NCBI GenBank assembly: GCA_965205335.1 | Contig: OZ242164.1 | Coordinates: 960,001-1,024,000 of the forward strand | Direction: 5' to 3' | DNA: 64,000 nt | DNA from: Candidatus Woesearchaeota archaeon | Lineage (GTDB): Archaea; Nanobdellota; Nanobdellia; Woesearchaeales; UBA583 | Part shown: one piece after another, positions 63,151 to 64,000 of the stretch | Layout of the letters: the number at the start of each line of letters is the position of its first letter | How positions within the stretch are numbered: the stretch's first letter is position 1 | Translations under genes and position numbers: made by a program | The notes under the pieces: generated by a model | What the model was told of the DNA's origin: nothing | Databases searched by the model: none | The model's input: the letters and a program-made list of their open reading frames with translations, nothing else

Positions 63151-63603
63151 TTATTTCTCCTTGTTATAACCTAATAGATTTGAAATTTCCCCTACTTTTG
63201 AATAATAGAATACTGAATTTTCATCTAATTTTGCGGATTCAATAATTTCTTTTTCTGAATTAGCTAATGTGCTTGGAATAGAATTGTAGCATTTAAGTCT
63301 TCGGAAGGCGTCAATTCCACGTGCATTTTTGTATGGAAGCATATTCCGAAATGCTCTTTTAACTAAATCAGCAGGGCTTTTTGAATAATAAGGTCCCTGC
63401 TTGATCACTTTATTTGAAATCTTGTTTTTATATCTTTCAACGAGATATTTTTTTCTGCCTAAAATCACCACATCTTTGCAGTTTACAATTTTAAATGATT
63501 CTCCTAAGAGAAGTCTCTTGCAAATTTCACTTCCCAATCTGCCTAAAATCATATTCTGACCATCAATTATTGTGTAATTTTCTTCTTTATTAGTTTGTTT
63601 CAT
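63151..63603 (-). CDS. rpl13: 50S ribosomal protein L13
   Basis: ILGRLGS, GPYY, MLPYK..RG. Confidence 0.94.
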   Translation of the reverse strand: MKQTNKEENYTIIDGQNMILGRLGSEICKRLLLGESFKIVNCKDVVILGRKKYLVERYKNKISNKVIKQGPYYSKSPADLVKRAFRNMLPYKNARGIDAFRRLKCYNSIPSTLANSEKEIIESAKLDENSVFYYSKVGEISNLLGYNKEK

Positions 63604-63604
63604 T

Positions 63605-64000
63605 TTACAGTTTGCTCCCCAATTCAGTGATTTTATCAATTAATATGTCAATTGATTTGTTATAGATTTCTTTTGCATTCAATTGTCCAAATGGTTCTAT
63701 AATCAAATTTATTTTTCCACCTTTTTCTTCTCTTAAATAAGCATGAGCAGGAGCCCATTTTGCATGTTCTATTCCTTTTCCTAACTGAGCTTTCATATTT
63801 ACTTCAAGTTTCTGTTTTTGAAATAATTTAGTAATTGCCATATTCTCAATTGTAGGAACAATGTTTGGGTCATCTGATTTAATGGATGATGATAAGACTA
63901 ATCCTTCTTCTTCTTGTTTTAGACTCATACTGACTTCACATAGGGCGCATCCAATTCCACCGCATTTGCAACTTTCTTTAAAGTTGTATGATTTTAAATC
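63605..64000 (-). CDS. rpoD: RNA polymerase subunit D (Rpo3), partial
   Basis: Cys cluster, ITKL..Q, LGKGIEHAKW; upstream of L13/S9; 5' part outside the window. Confidence 0.9.
   Translation of the reverse strand, partial: DLKSYNFKESCKCGGIGCALCEVSMSLKQEEEGLVLSSSIKSDDPNIVPTIENMAITKLFQKQKLEVNMKAQLGKGIEHAKWAPAHAYLREEKGGKINLIIEPFGQLNAKEIYNKSIDILIDKITELGSKL

Overview
AT-rich chromosomal segment of a DPANN-type archaeon (Woesearchaeota/Nanoarchaeota-like; inferred from the archaeal 16S, TATA-box promoters and gene content). It carries housekeeping genes (ribosomal proteins, aIF5A, RNase Z, A-type ATPase A/B/D, FEN1, SufBDS, Cdc6, Spt5/SecE, TruD, TldD/E, Cdc48, KsgA, Rad50-like), a stand-alone 16S rRNA gene and five tRNAs. 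Mobile elements are abundant: five copies of a 128-bp MITE, four IS481-family elements (one nested in another) and an IS200/IS605 TnpA+TnpB element. The strongest unexplained signal is that all five MITE copies end exactly 14 bp from a TTTATA TATA box, and the three intergenic IS481 copies end 20-21 bp from one, suggesting promoter (TBP/TFB)-guided transposition. Other highlights: a duplicated atpA promoter/5' end in front of a foreign cysteine hydrolase gene, a RelA/SpoT-like gene broken by two stops, a tandem short-histone doublet, and an IS605 insertion that swaps a host stop codon. All calls come from motif recognition by eye; no database searches were run.
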